Below, one piece after another: positions 12,886 through 26,715 of a stretch of DNA of 64,000 nucleotides (positions within the stretch are counted from its first letter, which is position 1; each line of letters begins with the position of its first letter). Origin of the DNA: Eledone cirrhosa (Eukaryota); the NCBI GenBank assembly GCA_964016885.1, contig OZ024743.1, positions 284,394,001 through 284,458,000 of the forward strand, read 5' to 3'. Below the pieces are notes generated by a model. That model worked only from the letters and a program-made list of their open reading frames with translations. It did no database searches and was not told the DNA's origin. A program made the position numbers and the translations under genes.

Positions 12886-15800
12886 GTGACTCCTATCACT
12901 AACCGCTTTACATATGGGTGAAATTGTCATCCCCTCAACAATAAAATGTCCTCTCTACTCTACATTGTCTCTGAGAGGTTGTCTCACTACCAGCAAAACC
13001 TAAGAAAGTCCCTTAATTTGTTCCACTAGGTGGGAAGAATAGCAAAGTGAGAAAGTAATAGAAAAGAGAGTATTAGAACTAAACTGATAAAAGCAAGAAG
13101 GTATGTGTGAGAGAGGGGGGCAGGGCTAATGGAAGAGTGAAAAAGTGAGTATGAGGAGGAGGTGGAATGAATGTCAATAATGAATTATAGAGGTGGGAAT
13201 AATGTGTGAGAGAACGAGAGTGTTGACTAGAAATAATTGAAAAGAAAAATCAGTAAATGTACAAAAGAGATTGCAAGTTAGTAATGAGAGAGAGAGAGAC
13301 AGCACAACAAAGATGGTTTATGGTAAAGAGACATGAAAATAATGGAGCAAAAGAGACCCAAATGTAGATATACAACCCAGCCTTCATCACCATCACCACC
13401 ACCCAACTCACATGTGAGTATGTGGGCGTGTGTGTGTGGCTAATAAATATGTAATTTATATGATGCTTAAAATGTGTTTAGCAAACTATCTCTAGAGTAT
13501 TTTCTTGCTTATGAGAAAGTTAGTATCAAATGTCAAATCAATCAGATCTTCAGATAGTGAAGTGTGGTTTTATTCCTTCTTTTAGTTTACATTACCCTCC
13601 TCCAACAATCAGAAATTACTAACTTACTATCCCTTTTGTATATTTACTGATTGGTTTCTTTCTTTTTATCTTGTGTTGTTGTTTTCAACTTGATAGAATA
13701 CAGTATGAGTAATAATGGGTTAATAGAAACAATTAATTATTATATTCGTCACTTTGTTGATTAGAACACATCATCTCATCTTGAGCTATGTCATGGTTGT
13801 TGCTTATAGTGCCTTTGTAGTCATGGTGAACCTGCTTTCATGAGAGTTAAGATTTCAAACAACAAAAACAACAATGCATCTATTTTGTTGAGGGTCACAA
13901 CTGTCACAACTATGGTCAAATTGAGAAACTGTGTAGCAACTGTTTTGTTAAGTGTTTTGTATATGGAGTTAAATTCCACTTCACAAGCTGCAATAATTTG
14001 AATTTATACTTAATATAAATATTTATATTTTAAATGGGGGGTAAAACTTATGAAAAATAATGGCAATTTCAGATTAATTCCTCAGAAGAACAAAACTGTA
14101 TTTCCAGCTATACAAACTGGTCAACGATTGTGTGGCAGCATCTACAATAGTAACAATTAATATAACAACATGTAATGCATTTGTTTTGTTCACCTTTACT
14201 TAGATTTACAGGAATTAACTGACACAAATTTTGCTAACAATTTATGTGAATATGTCGCTTTACGACTCATGTAGAGTGTATCATTTCAAAAGATAGACTA
14301 ACAAAATATAATCAAAGCTAGAAATATAAAGTATAGAAATTTGTTATAAACAACACTAAAGGAGTCTAAAGTCTCCACATATACACATACATTATTGTAA
14401 GGTTTTATATCCAATTATCTATCTCAAAGTAGGTGAAGTGCTCCTGCAAGTACTGTATGAATTGTGTGAGCATGTATTCTTACAGCTAGATGTCATTCCT
14501 AACACTAACCAGCACATTGTAAAGTAAAAGTTTCTTCTATTTTCAGTGAGGTAGACAGACATTTAGATTTAAATGTCTTACCAAAGTAGATTGGCAGAAT
14601 CATTAGTGTCATATGAAATGCCTGTGGTCAAATAAATTACCAGTCAAGTACTGGGGTTGATCTAATAGACTTTCTCTCACACCATAATTGCTGGACTTGT
14701 GCTTGAATTAGAAATAATTTAGCTACAGTCAATTTACATTTAGACAAACATAATGATGTTGTCATCATTTGAAATTTAAATTTATTGTTAGGTATCAGTA
14801 AATACCTAAACTTTACAATATTTCATCTATTCTGATATAACAATAATAATGTAAATTTCAATACTGCCAATCTTAAAAGACTGAGTCAGTGAGAGCCCCC
14901 CCCTCAACAAAAAACAAGACAAAACAAAACAAAAAAACAACCTACAAATAGGTAAGAGAAATAAGAAAAAGAATACATGATAAATCCAAAAAGAATTTAA
15001 GGGTGAATCTTTTTTTAATACCTCCCACATAGAATTCTGCCCAGAAAAGATGTTCTCTGGTGATTAATACAAAACTATGATTTCAGTAATTCTTAAGCGA
15101 AGAAAATATCAGCATTTTACAAGGTTTCATATTATAGCAGCAGCATCCCAAGTTTTGGTAATCAGTTACACCACCAACACCTACATAAAGCCAAATCAAC
15201 ATTCACCCTAAATAGCTGATACCATTTAAAAAATATATGTGTGTGTGTAAAACAAAAGTAAGTCTCCAGTGAACATCTGATCCAGCTTTTATTCCTAGTA
15301 GCTATTTCATCTAAGAAAAATCATAAACATCACAACACCCATTTCTCTTACCTTATGAGGTTAATGTGGGTGATAATCCATTGAACGATATTTCTAATCA
15401 TGATTATTTACCACATAAGTATGTGAGTATATGTGGTGTATAAATATTTCCCCTTAGTTTGCTGTCCTATGATATCATATTAATATGGCCTTACCAAACA
15501 AATATATTTTTGATTCTCCTTATTTAGCATTTAAACTAGATTTACAACCACTAGTTTGTTATGTAATGTTCTAATTTTAGGTAGTGGCGAAATTTTAGCT
15601 TTCTGTGGTCATATGCAAGCATAAAAAAACAGATTATAACAGTAGTGATGATGATATATGTACATGCAATGGGTTATGGAGACTGAGGGTCTTTGCCAGA
15701 AACTCAATACAATGTCTGTAATAAGATACAAATATTCAACACTTTAGCCATTAGGATGGCATGTTATTGATTCAAGTAGTTATGATCGCCTTAAATCATA

Positions 15801-17019
15801 TTTTCCTAGAAGTATATTGTGTTCAGATAAAGCTTGCTGTGGCTGTGTCAGAGAACAGTATACAGGTGAGATATATAGCATATATTGAATTTTCTTTTCT
15901 GTTACTTTGTCCATGTAACTGTGATTATGAAGGAAAGAATACTGTGACATTCATGTATTTTCCATAGTCTTTATAATAGCGTAAATGTAATAAAATGGCT
16001 ATTGAATATATATTTATTTATTTATTGCACCATGTTGGTTCGATGAGAGATGGCACAATTTCTCCCAACGAGTATTTATATTTTTCTTATACCTTACAGA
16101 ATCCCTTCTATGAAAAACAGTTCTGTTAATATCAATCTATTGGAATGGTCACTTATTTTTCAGTTTAGAAACTGCAGTCAGGGAATTTTAGTCAGGCTTC
16201 CTATTTTTAGGTTGCTTGACTGTGAATCCCTAGGGAAAGATGTTTGTGAAGTGTTCTTCTTAGAGTACTTTACTGCAATCTACCCTTCAGTGATTTTGTA
16301 TAAGAGTGAAAAGGGAATGTCTGCACAAGTTGGGTGGACAACTGGGAGGAAGATAACTGAGAGGGGCACTTGCCCTAGCAATCAAGGTGATCATGGCTTT
16401 TTGTGGGAATTTTTGCCTGATTTTTTAAATATTTATTTTTCTAGTTTTTGTTATAACTTTTTGAAACACAAAAACCCACACTCTGTCATCCTGTGACGTC
16501 TTTATTGTTTGCTTAATGCCAGCCCCGTGTTGCTAATAAAGAAACCATTGATATTATTATCACTATACTATACACTATAATCCATCAATTAATTCTTCAC
16601 CTGCCTTATGCTTATGACACTAACTACTATAACTACTTCTAAATTTCCCAATGGAAACAGAATGACATAAAATATGTGATACAGACTAGTGAATATGCCC
16701 TACAATGGATTTATGAAAATTCAGTTTTTATGCAACATGCTAGATCATGTACATCTATTGGTCAGTACATTGAATACATCCAGGTTCTATAAAATTGATC
16801 AGTAAAAGCATAGGTTAAAAATATTTAACTCTAGTAAATGGTTAATTGTCATATAGTTCTACTGTAATCATTACATTAGTCACTTTATTCAAATAATATG
16901 CTGCAGATGCCATCATCATTGTAATCATCATCAACCATCTGTTTTCCTTGCCAGGGTTGCATGGGTCAACACATACAAAGTTGGTACTTAAGATAGGTTG
17001 GGACCATGTTCCTACATAT

Positions 17020-17440
17020 TACAGAGTGCGCTGCATATTTTATCATGGCACCAGCACTTGGGAGGTCATCCTATCCCCACTATTCTTTATTTCGCAAGTT
17101 TTCTACGACTGACTGAATGCTCTTCCTAACACCAATCACTTTACAAAGTGTACTGGTTGAATTTTATCATATCACCAACACTAGAGAGGTTGTACCCTTG
17201 ACTCAACTGAAGAGTCCTCTCAACCCTTTTTTGGCCTGGTTTCTACAGCTTAACACCCTTCATATCACCAACTACCTTATATGATGTACTGAGTGCATTT
17301 TTCAAGGCTGCTATGATGTGACTAAAAAGTCCTCTAGGCCTTTTCACATGGTTTCTATGGTTGAAAGCACTTCCTAACATTAACCACTTTACAGGGTGTA
17401 CTGGGTGTGTTTTATTTTGACACTAGCATTAGGGAAGGTT
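17020..17440 (-). repeat. Tandem ~100-120-bp units of the SINE tail (similar array 34505-34810)
   Basis: Repeated GGTTTCTA.AGCTG.ATG...TCCTAA.ACCAACCACTTTACAGAGTGTACTG units. Confidence 0.65.
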
Positions 17441-17475
17441 ATCGGTTACACTTTAACCATAATAAATTGGCCTAA

Positions 17476-17667
17476 TAATTATTTCTACTTTTGGCACAAG
17501 GCCAGTAATTATCTCAGTGGATTACTGATACTGTATTTTACCGACCCCGTAAGGATGAAAGGCAAAGTTAACCTTGGTGGGATTTGAACTCAGACTATAA
17601 AGGTCCGTAACTCTTTGCAGCAAGGCATGTCGTCCGACCCTCTACTGATACTGCCAATCCAACGCCC
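17476..17667 (-). mobile_element. SINE family A, full length
   Basis: Reverse-complement match; TSD-like TAAATT(G/A)GCCTAA. Confidence 0.85.
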
Positions 17668-17730
17668 TTAAATTAGCCTAACAAGACATAATATAGAAGT
17701 AGTCAACTACGTGAATTAAAAGAGCTGTTC

Positions 17731-17951
17731 TTAACTCTTTAGCATCTAAACTGGCCATATCCTGCCAGAATTTTCTCACCTCTTTCTGTTCAAATCAGCC
17801 ATAACTGGCTGCTTATTAAGGTATTGTTCTAAAAATAAATAATATCAAAATCTCATAGATTCGATATTATGTGAGATAATTATGTGAAATAAAGAGTTTA
17901 CCGGGAAAATACAATAGTAAATATAGAGTAATGTAAATGGTAAAGGGTTAA
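17731..17951. mobile_element. piggyBac-like MITE copy
   Basis: TTAA-CTCTTTAGCAT...ATGGTAAAGGG-TTAA. Confidence 0.82.
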
Positions 17952-18326
17952 ATGTAAAACAAAAAACTATAGTAAATTATCAGTGGCCAGATCAGTGATG
18001 CATCACAAAATACTTTGTTATCTAATAATTATACTTCAAAATAATAATAAAACTGAAATAATTATAACAGCATGTATGTGTTCTAAATGGCTAATATGAC
18101 TGTACCATGATACAATTACTTTATTTCAAGCAGTTGTTCTCAAATCAAAAACTTATCAAACAAGTTTAACACTTGAATAACGTGTTTATACTTTTTTTAT
18201 CATTAAGTATTGTTATATTACTGAAGACTGGGTTTTGGGGTTTTCTTGTATTACATTACATTTATAGCAATAACATTTATTAATTCCCCTCCAGTGTTCC
18301 TTTAAATGCTTTTAAGTTCAGAGTAA

Positions 18327-18457
18327 AAAGGTTTTTTCTGCTTGAATCATTATTGTGGTAGCATAAAGCAAAGCATCCTTCACAAAACATAGCTGAAAAT
18401 TACAACTGATCAATTACCCCCTCCTCCTGTTTTGTTCACAATAGTATACATTCATTC

Positions 18458-18500
<43 letters not shown>

Positions 18501-18624
18501 TGTATACTATTATGAACAAAACAGGAGGAGGGGGTAATTGATCAGTTGTAATTTTCAGCTATGTTTTGTGAAGGATGCTTTGCTTTATGCTACCACAATA
18601 ATGATTCAAGCAGAAAAAACCTTT
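18327..18624. repeat. Near-perfect ~128-bp inverted duplication around a (TA)n spacer
   Basis: 18327-18454 is the reverse complement of 18497-18624, with about one mismatch. Confidence 0.93.
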
Positions 18625-18654
18625 ATATATATATACATACATATACAGAAATGT

Positions 18655-18812
18655 AATAATGGTTTCTGATATAGGCACAAAGCCAGCAATTTTGGGGGAG
18701 GGAAATGTTGATTAAATCGACTCCAGTGCATTACTGGTACTTTATTTTATCGACCCCGTAAGGATGAAAGGCAAAGCTAACCTCAGTGGGATTTAAACTC
18801 AGAGCATAAAGG
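18655..18812 (-). mobile_element. SINE family A, 5'-truncated
   Basis: Core and tail match. Confidence 0.8.
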
Positions 18813-19201
18813 GCCAATATCTACAGAATAATACACAGGGTATATAAGATAGTGATGTCACTAGTTGATAATGCCATCTGTCAGAAGTATTGTTAGTAAC
18901 AACACAGATATTGTAATAAAAGAGAAAAAATTGAGCTAATGAAGGAGCATCCATGTACTTCCTTTCTTTCCTGGAAAAAAGCAGCCAGATATCCCTCAGA
19001 ACCCACACAGTTGTCTTAAAGAAAATACATATTGGATAATATAGTCATAGGCACACTTTATCACTAGGAAATATAGACAAGATAGTTCCAGTTGTAATAT
19101 TTTTGACTGTAGCTTTGCTTTATTAGGGGCGACTTGTATTTAAACAACAAACAACATATGTCAAGTGAATGTGTTTGTAACATTAAACAGAATTATATAT
19201 A

Positions 19202-19747
19202 TCATCATCATCATCACCGTTTTACGTCCGTTCTTCCACGCTAGCATGGGTTAGACGGGTTGTCCTGTTGTGGGCAGTGTCTGGTCGGCTGACCATGCCT
19301 TGCTCATACAAGAACTGATCTGGCTTGATTTCTACAGCTGGATGTCCTTCCTAACACCAACCTCATTTACAGTGAGTGCTGGGTGCTTTTTCGTGGCGCC
19401 TACACGTCCACTTTACAGTGTGGGCTGGGTGCTTTTTTTGCCATGGCACCTCCACGACCACCTTGCGGTGGGGGGTGTGGGGGCATATTGTCTATATGCT
19501 TCAGCTTGTACCCATGGGAGGTCGGGTACTCTGTATTACTGTGTGACGCCAGAAGTCACGGTCGTGTGTCATTGCCTTTGAGAGGTGTAATTGGGTAAGG
19601 TCGGCTTTTATCACCTCGCGGAGGTGGTGAGGGCAGACCTCAGATCGCTGAAGCTCATGGAGATGACAAAGGACCGTGACGAATGGAGAGATGCCGTGCT
19701 TAATAAGACCCGTCCCGCCCTTGAAAGCAGGGAAAAGCAGACGTAAA

Positions 19748-19787
<40 letters not shown>
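19202..19787. mobile_element. Two RTE LINE 3' ends joined back to back (minus 19202-19617, plus 19620-19787)
   Basis: Minus encodes EVIKADLTQLHLSKAMTHDRDFWRHTVIQSTRP and plus encodes EVVRADLRSLKLMEMTKDRDEWRDAVLNKTRP. Each ends in (GAT)n. Confidence 0.8.
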
Positions 19788-19788
<1 letters not shown>

Positions 19789-20437
19789 ATATAACATCTT
19801 TTTCTTTTTAATTTTGATGTCATTGTATCAACAGTGAGAATAGTATTTCTGAATTGTAATTGTAATTGGTAATTATTAAACCTTTCATTACTGCATTTCT
19901 AATAAAATATGGTCTTTGCAATTAATTTAATATTAAAAATACCAAACATTTGGAATAATTTCATAAAATGACTAAGTTTTTCATCAGTAACTAATATTTA
20001 GAATGTCAATATAAGGATAAACATTTTAAAATAAGAAGTTTTGTATCATAAATCCAGGGCAGGTTTCAGGTGGTTTGGTATTAAAAGGGTTAAGAAAGAT
20101 GAAAATGTGAATATGAAATACAACTAAAACCATTCAGGCCACTATTCTGCTACAAATTCTCCCATGCAGAGAACAATTTTGGTCACAGTATATAGTATGA
20201 AAGGTAATGGTATAAATAAATGTATTCTAAGCACCAGCAGGGTATCATTCAGTCTAAATCATTGATAAACTGTGAAAAGGAAAAAAAATGAATGGTGATA
20301 AAAATGCTGGAGGTGATAATAACAATACTAATGATTTTGTTATTAACCACAAAGAGTTCACGTGAAGAAAACATTAAGGATGGCATAGGATAAAACATTG
20401 TGTGATTTTGAATAATAATAATAATGATAACAACAAT

Positions 20438-20775
20438 AATAATGGTTTCTGATTTAGGAAGAAAGCCAACAATTTGGCAGGAGTGGAAAGTCAATTAAAT
20501 CGACCCCAGTGCATTACTGGGGCTTTATTTTATCATCCCTATAAGGATGAAGGGCAGTGAATTAGCAGAATCGGTAGAGCATCAGACCAAATGCTTCGTG
20601 GCATAGAATTACAGCCCTTTACGTTCTCATTTCAAATCCTGCCGAGGTTAGCTTTGCCTTTCATCCTTACAGGGTTGATAAAATAAAGTACCAGTAATGA
20701 CTGGGATCGATTTAATTGACTTTTCTCTCTCCCCTTCAAATTGCCAGCCTTGTGCCTAAAGTAGAAACAATTATT
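20438..20775. mobile_element. Two SINE family A copies back to back (minus partial 20438-20550, plus 20551-20775)
   Basis: Core present in both orientations within ~150 bp. Confidence 0.8.
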
Positions 20776-22599
20776 ATCCTTATTATACTTTTAATATTCT
20801 GGGTGTGGGCCAATAAAGTAAGTAGCATTGCTGGCTTTGGTCTAGGGTGTATTCTGTTATATTGCTATATATATAATTATAGTAGAATGACAGAGATGGT
20901 AGAGTGCTAGAGGAAATGATTGGTGATAATTATAGAGCTAAATAACAATATTTCTATTTTAAAAAAAACCCAATCCCTCAATATGTTCTACTATTTATTT
21001 GCTCATAAAAAAAATTAAGTGAATTTGAAGTTTTTATTATTTTTGCTAGCACAATATGTAGTAAGCTCCACTAATTTAAGCACGATATGTAAGATCATAA
21101 GCTCCACTAATGGTGGAAGCTGTTGCTATGATGGAAAGCTTTAGCGGCATCAACAATAGTAACACCACAGTAGTAACAGTAGCATGATCAAGAACAGCAA
21201 AGATGCTTTTAAACAGATTTATAACAATATTTCCTTTCTGTATGCATGTTTCCAAACAACCACATTTCCTCCTGACAAAACACCAGAATTATGAGAATAA
21301 GTCTCTCTTTCTCTTTATAATTTTCGATTTTCTTTTGAAATTTAAGCCAATGATCAATTCCTTATTTAACACATTGCAAATGTACTATTTTCTTCTTTTC
21401 CTCTTCTATATACCCCCTCCCACTCTTCTTATTTCAAACCTTATGTACATTTTGTGTATATTTATACATGTATTTTCATATTTATTTACGTATTTATCTG
21501 TCTACTTGGGCTTTTTTTATGATCGAAAGGGCTGCTTTACAGTAATTATGAATTGTTTCAGCTATCACAAATGACTAGAAATGATGACTGGCTGGCTGCA
21601 TATCTGCCTGTCTGTCAGCATAGCTGAGTGCTTGACTGAATATAGTGTGCATTTCATGAACATCTCTCTCTCATACACACATACACTCTCTCTCTCTTTC
21701 ACACACACACACACTCTCTCACCATGTAGATAGATCTAATTGGAAAAAGCAAAGCTAGCAGTTAAGCCGCACAAGGACATGCCATGGCAAGTTCAAAGGA
21801 TATTGTACACACACACACACACACACACACGTACAATTATATACACATTAGCACAAATATATACACCAATGCTAAAATACAAGCACACACACACAGACAC
21901 AGAAACACAGAAGTGCCATTCACAACTAAGTTATTTGAGAAGAGTACTATCAAGTTTACTGTGACGCAAGCAATTTAGTTTTTGTGATATTGGTCAAATA
22001 TATTTACTTGTGTCTCCATGACAATATCTGAAATGGAATGGGGAATGGAAATGAGGGTGTGGTAAAGAAGAGTGATGATCGATACAAGGCACATTCAGGC
22101 ATTATTACTATTACTACTACTTTCATTACTATCACTATCATTTTCTTTTATAGTAGTATTACTATTAACATTCTTATTATTACAATTATTGTCGTATTTT
22201 ATTAGTATGATAATAAAATAACAATAAATGAATTCTTTTTCCTATGCTACACCATTTTCCTAATTTATGTAACAGCCACAGAAATTTCATTCATAAAAAT
22301 AATCAAGGGATTTGAATAACCTTTATATTACTAGTATCAATCAATTTTCTTTTTAAAAGCCAAAATAGGGTTGAAATAATTTTAAACCAACTGAAAAGCA
22401 TGAAGACCACTGTTAGTCATGCCATATATTTAATTATAACATTACTATATAAGCAACCAACACTATTAAAATTCTTATTGTCAGTTTTGTAGTGGAAAGA
22501 GTGACAATGTTCTCAAGAAGATTGTAAACATTGCTGAAGATCAATTAACAGCATAGTCCAGGGACTATGGATACTTTTCAGAAAACCTGACCTGGTAGT

Positions 22600-22786
22600 A
22601 ATAATTGTTTCTACTTTTGGCACAAGGCCAGCAATTACCCAGTACATTACTGGTACTTTATTTTATCGACCCCGTAAGGATGAAAGGCAAAGTTAACCTT
22701 GGCGGGATTTGAACTCAGATCGTAAAGGGATTTAACTACGCTGGAAAGCATGTCCGACCCTCCACCGATACTGCCAATTCACCACC
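22600..22786 (-). mobile_element. SINE family A, full length
   Basis: Reverse-complement match; TSD CCTGGTAGTA. Confidence 0.85.
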
Positions 22787-23256
22787 CTGGTAGTAGTAAT
22801 GGAGGCAGGAGTCGGGGCTATTTCCTGTTTGGGATAAACTCTACAAGCAGGATCTTTTTGAGATGCGTGCAAAGTGACAAAATCATTTAGCATGCACGCA
22901 CACAGCATTGATGACTTGTGAAGTTATGTCAAATAACTGTTTGCATCTAAGACAGATCTGGCTATCAGCAGAGTCTACTGCCTTTCTTTGGCCAGGAAAG
23001 GAAGGCAGTTTTCATCTGTTTGGTAGCTACAGAGAAAGAGACTGTATGCTAGACATGACTGAAAGAACTGTGGACAGATACTTCCTTCTTTAGCCAAGCA
23101 CTCAACCATTTCATATTTCACTTGAAGAGGAAGGTAGAAGTGCTGTTGCTCTACAGTCAATTTGCTGTATAATGGCAAAAATAGTCTGAATGAATATCCC
23201 TACTTTCAGCATGTACCTGAGACAGTTGGGAAAGGGCACTTTCTTTTAGTAGTTCA

Positions 23257-23455
23257 ATTAACCCTTTAGCATTTAAACAGGCCATATCCAGCCAGAATTC
23301 TCTCACCTCTTTCTGTTTAAACTGGCTGTAACCAGCTGCTCATACTGATGTTAAAGTATTATTCTCAAAATAAATAATATCAAAATCTCATAGATTTGAT
23401 ATATAGAGTAATGTAGATGCTAAAGGATAGAGTAATGTAGATGTTAAAGAGTTAA
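23257..23455. mobile_element. piggyBac-like MITE copy with duplicated right end
   Basis: TTAACCCTTTAGCATTT at left; ATAGAGTAATGTAGATG(C/T)TAAAG twice at right, then TTAA. Confidence 0.8.
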
Positions 23456-23679
23456 TCATGGATTTGTAGGTTCTTTCATTGGCTGTAAGTGGCTTTTTTG
23501 AAACATTTCACTCCATTCCTTTTGTATACTGTTGTTTTCCATGCCTATTTCTTTTATAATTCTACAAGAATATCCACTATTTTTGTAATTTGCTCTTGTA
23601 ATGTCTCCACAGCCATTGGCATTATGGCAAATGTAATTATTATTGATATTAAGTGACCAAAATGGGATTCCCCCAAAGG

Positions 23680-24030
23680 GTCTTTGGAGTAACGTTACTC
23701 GATAAAGTGCATAACTCAGAGATCAGAGATCACTTCAGGTAGAGCTGCTACTTCTCTGAATTGAGAGGTCACAGCTTTGATACTATGGGCATGTAGTTAG
23801 AATATCTCAGGAAAGAATTGCTGGACAGATTTTATGGGCAAACCAACCGGAAAGAGACCCAGGGGTAGATCCCAAGCAAGATGGTTGGATAACATCCACA
23901 AGCTTTGTTGGTCACGCTTGGGGATCCAGTTGGATCAGTTGGAGATGATTGCTTCTGACAGGACCCGCTGGAAGGGGTGTTTGAGGACTGTCCCCATGAC
24001 CCTCTCAGGAATAAGTGGGTAAAGAAGATT
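23680..24030 (+). mobile_element. Decayed RTE-like LINE 3' end of a second family (related minus copy ~61250-61500)
   Basis: Encodes YGHVVRISQERIA...KPTGKRPRGRSQARWLDNI...DRTRW, typical of the RTE C-terminus. Confidence 0.7.
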
Positions 24031-24334
24031 AATTATAGTATTATCATAGATAATATAATTATTATTATTTATATCATTGCTGTTATGCACTATTAATTTG
24101 AAACCAGTCTAATTATGCTTCCTATTGAACTACAACCTATGATCTAGGATGAGAATTCTTCAATCTTCTATTAAGGTTCTTCAATGCTGTCCATATCTGT
24201 CATTTTATATTGAGGACTTTCAGGATAATTCGTGCTGATCCAAATAAACAGGGTTCTTTTGCACTACATCCACTCCCAGATTAAGATCCATCTTTCCAAA
24301 GTTTACTTTCAAAATTTTCATCACCATTACATTG

Positions 24335-24455
24335 TTAGCTTTGCCTTTCATCCTTACAGGGTCAATAAAATAAAGCACCAGTAACGTACTGGGGGTCGAT
24401 TTAATCGACTTTCCCCTCCCACCAAATTACTGGCCTTGTGCCTTTACTTGAAATC
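24335..24455 (+). mobile_element. SINE family A, 5'-truncated
   Basis: Core and tail match. Confidence 0.75.
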
Positions 24456-25121
24456 ATCAAGAAACAATTATTTATAATACAATAAGAGCAAGAGATTTCT
24501 TTTTGCTCGACTTCAACAATTTCCTAATTTATTTAACAACTTCAGAAATTTCATTCACAAAAAATAATGGTATTTAGACATCTTTTTACTACCAACATTT
24601 ATCAATCTTGATTTTGAAACCTAATAAATCCAAATAGAATTCAACCCCATTTCAAAAACTTGAAAACCACAACCACTCATGCTACACATTTCTTTATATA
24701 CATATTAGACATACATAAATTAAAAACTATATAGATATGTACAAACATACACATTCTTGCTATAGATATAGATACATATATACATTCACACATGCACAAA
24801 CAAGCACATACATACACATGCTATATATAGAGATGCATACACACATACATTTATACACACAGACAAACTCCAACTAATATTTAATCTGTTCTATGCAAAT
24901 GAATTAAATGGGATCAATAACTTGATTTTATTATCAGAGATATCCGACAACAGATTAGTCTAACTATTTTAAGTATCTAATCAATGTAAGAGAAAGGAAG
25001 TGAAATATCTACAACCTAAAATTTAAACAGGTTAACGAACCAGCCAAAGTTTACCTACTACAATGATTTAGCTTCATTCTCAATAATTTTCTATCTTTAT
25101 TCTTTCTATTTATCAACTTGA

Positions 25122-25315
25122 ACGAGGGTGGGCTTAAAAGTTCATGGGCTGACTATGAAGGAGTAATGCTAGAGCTGTGAAATCTTCCATACATTCTTCT
25201 TATTAATAAACTGTATCGTTTCTTTCCAGGTAAACTGACAGACTCTTCAATAGCAATTAGCAGTGACTTCTCTTGAAAATGGACAAAATTTGGCATTGTG
25301 GTGTTATAAAGAACT
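25122..25315 (+). mobile_element. mariner-like transposon 5' fragment
   Basis: TIR-like ACGAGGG.GGGCT.AAAAGTTC, then ATG at 25279 encoding MDKIWHCGVIK, resembling the mariner N-terminus MxKxxxRAVIKF. Confidence 0.55.
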
Positions 25316-26232
25316 TTGTATATTTTTACATAACTATTATTCGAGTCAATATTTTTTTAGAGATAAGAATCATAAGTACCAGAAATGGTACAGTGCTAGA
25401 CTAAATTGTTTTATAATATTGAGTTACATCCCTTTATGTTAAGGTTTCACAACTCACCAAGGAGGACTTAGCATCGACCACATACTGAATCAATTCATTC
25501 TACTGTGCTTCCCTTGTAAAAAAATTGTGTTTTTCTGCCAAAGTGAAAAATCTTTATCATTCAGAATTACCTTATGACCATGTATTACCCAAAACACTAA
25601 ATCACTCATTTAATCACTAAAGCACTTGTCCAATCACTGAAATTAAGCAGTGTTAATTGTTAAGAAGTACCTGGTTAGTAGTGAGAAAGGCCTGGTGATG
25701 TAAGTAATTTCTTTTTAGAAGACACAGGTGGTAGATCAGTCTGTAGACATTTAATTGTTAATTTCTGAATCTTTAAAAATTTTTAATCAAAATTTTTGCG
25801 AAATCTAATTGTGGTTTATCTCAATGAGGTTTGGTAAAATAAGTACTTGGGTTGATTTAATTCACTATACACATTTCAACTAAAATTGGCATTGAACTGT
25901 ACTAAGATTATTTAAAACTGACTATTGAGTGCTGTAATGTGACTGATATTCTTAGTTGAAATGCAGCGTATTTAAAAAAAAAATATTTTTCAATAAAATA
26001 AGTTATGCACCTGCTAGTAGAAACCTACGTGTATAATGTATTTAACAGCAGGGGATATTAAGCTATTCACTGACTGTCATATACAGCTCAGATCCAATAA
26101 CACGGTTGACTCAGACAATTGGGAACTCTGGTTTAGATAACTCTGGTTTAGATAAAGTATTGGAATACTTTGTCAATGACATCTCTAAACTCATGAAAAC
26201 TACTTGGATTCAAGATTCCAAGATAACAAAAC

Positions 26233-26297
26233 ATAGTAGCTATATGCACAGTAGCTATATGCACAGTAGCTATATGCACAGTAGCTATATGCACAGC
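26233..26297. repeat. 15-bp tandem repeat, ~4 copies (CAGTAGCTATATGCA)
   Basis: Directly visible. Confidence 0.95.
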
Positions 26298-26715
26298 AAG
26301 TAAGAGTAAGCCAGAAAAATCTAAGCATAAATGACAAGATCAATTCAATTGCTTATACCACTTCCTAATAAATCAGGTTCCAAAGTTAGAAAAAAGAATT
26401 GTTAACTTCAGTACAAGATCATATATTGGGAAGGACATAATAAAATAAATCGACCCCAGTATTTGAATCGTTGTTATTTTATCAACCCAAGAATGACGAA
26501 ATGTAAAGATGACCAAGAGATTACTTAAATAAGTCATTATGGGCATCACTTTACCAATTTTGAGACAAGTCAGCTCAGATAGCTATTTTGCTCATGCAGA
26601 ACTGATACTTGCTTAGTTTCTATGGCTGGATGCCCTTCCTAATGCCAAGCACAGTGTGAACTGGGTGCTTTTTATCATGGTACCAAAGCAACCGCTTTAT
26701 TATTAATTCAGAAAA

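Noticed and set aside
15351-15395. Possible 42-bp minus-strand micro-exon (TTAG|...AAG|GTAAGA)
   Set aside because: Weak acceptor, stop codon in the expected phase 0, and no similarity to Cav1 IS2.
16050-16496. 148-aa plus-strand ORF
   Set aside because: No recognisable motif or exon signals; possibly a decayed repeat I cannot classify.
19950-19992. CTGATGA...GAAA on the minus strand
   Set aside because: Stems I and III do not form; likely chance in AT-rich DNA.
26233-26297. CRISPR-like periodicity in the 15-bp repeat and the 42-bp arrays
   Set aside because: Head-to-tail tandem repeats without unique spacers, in a eukaryotic context with no cas genes.
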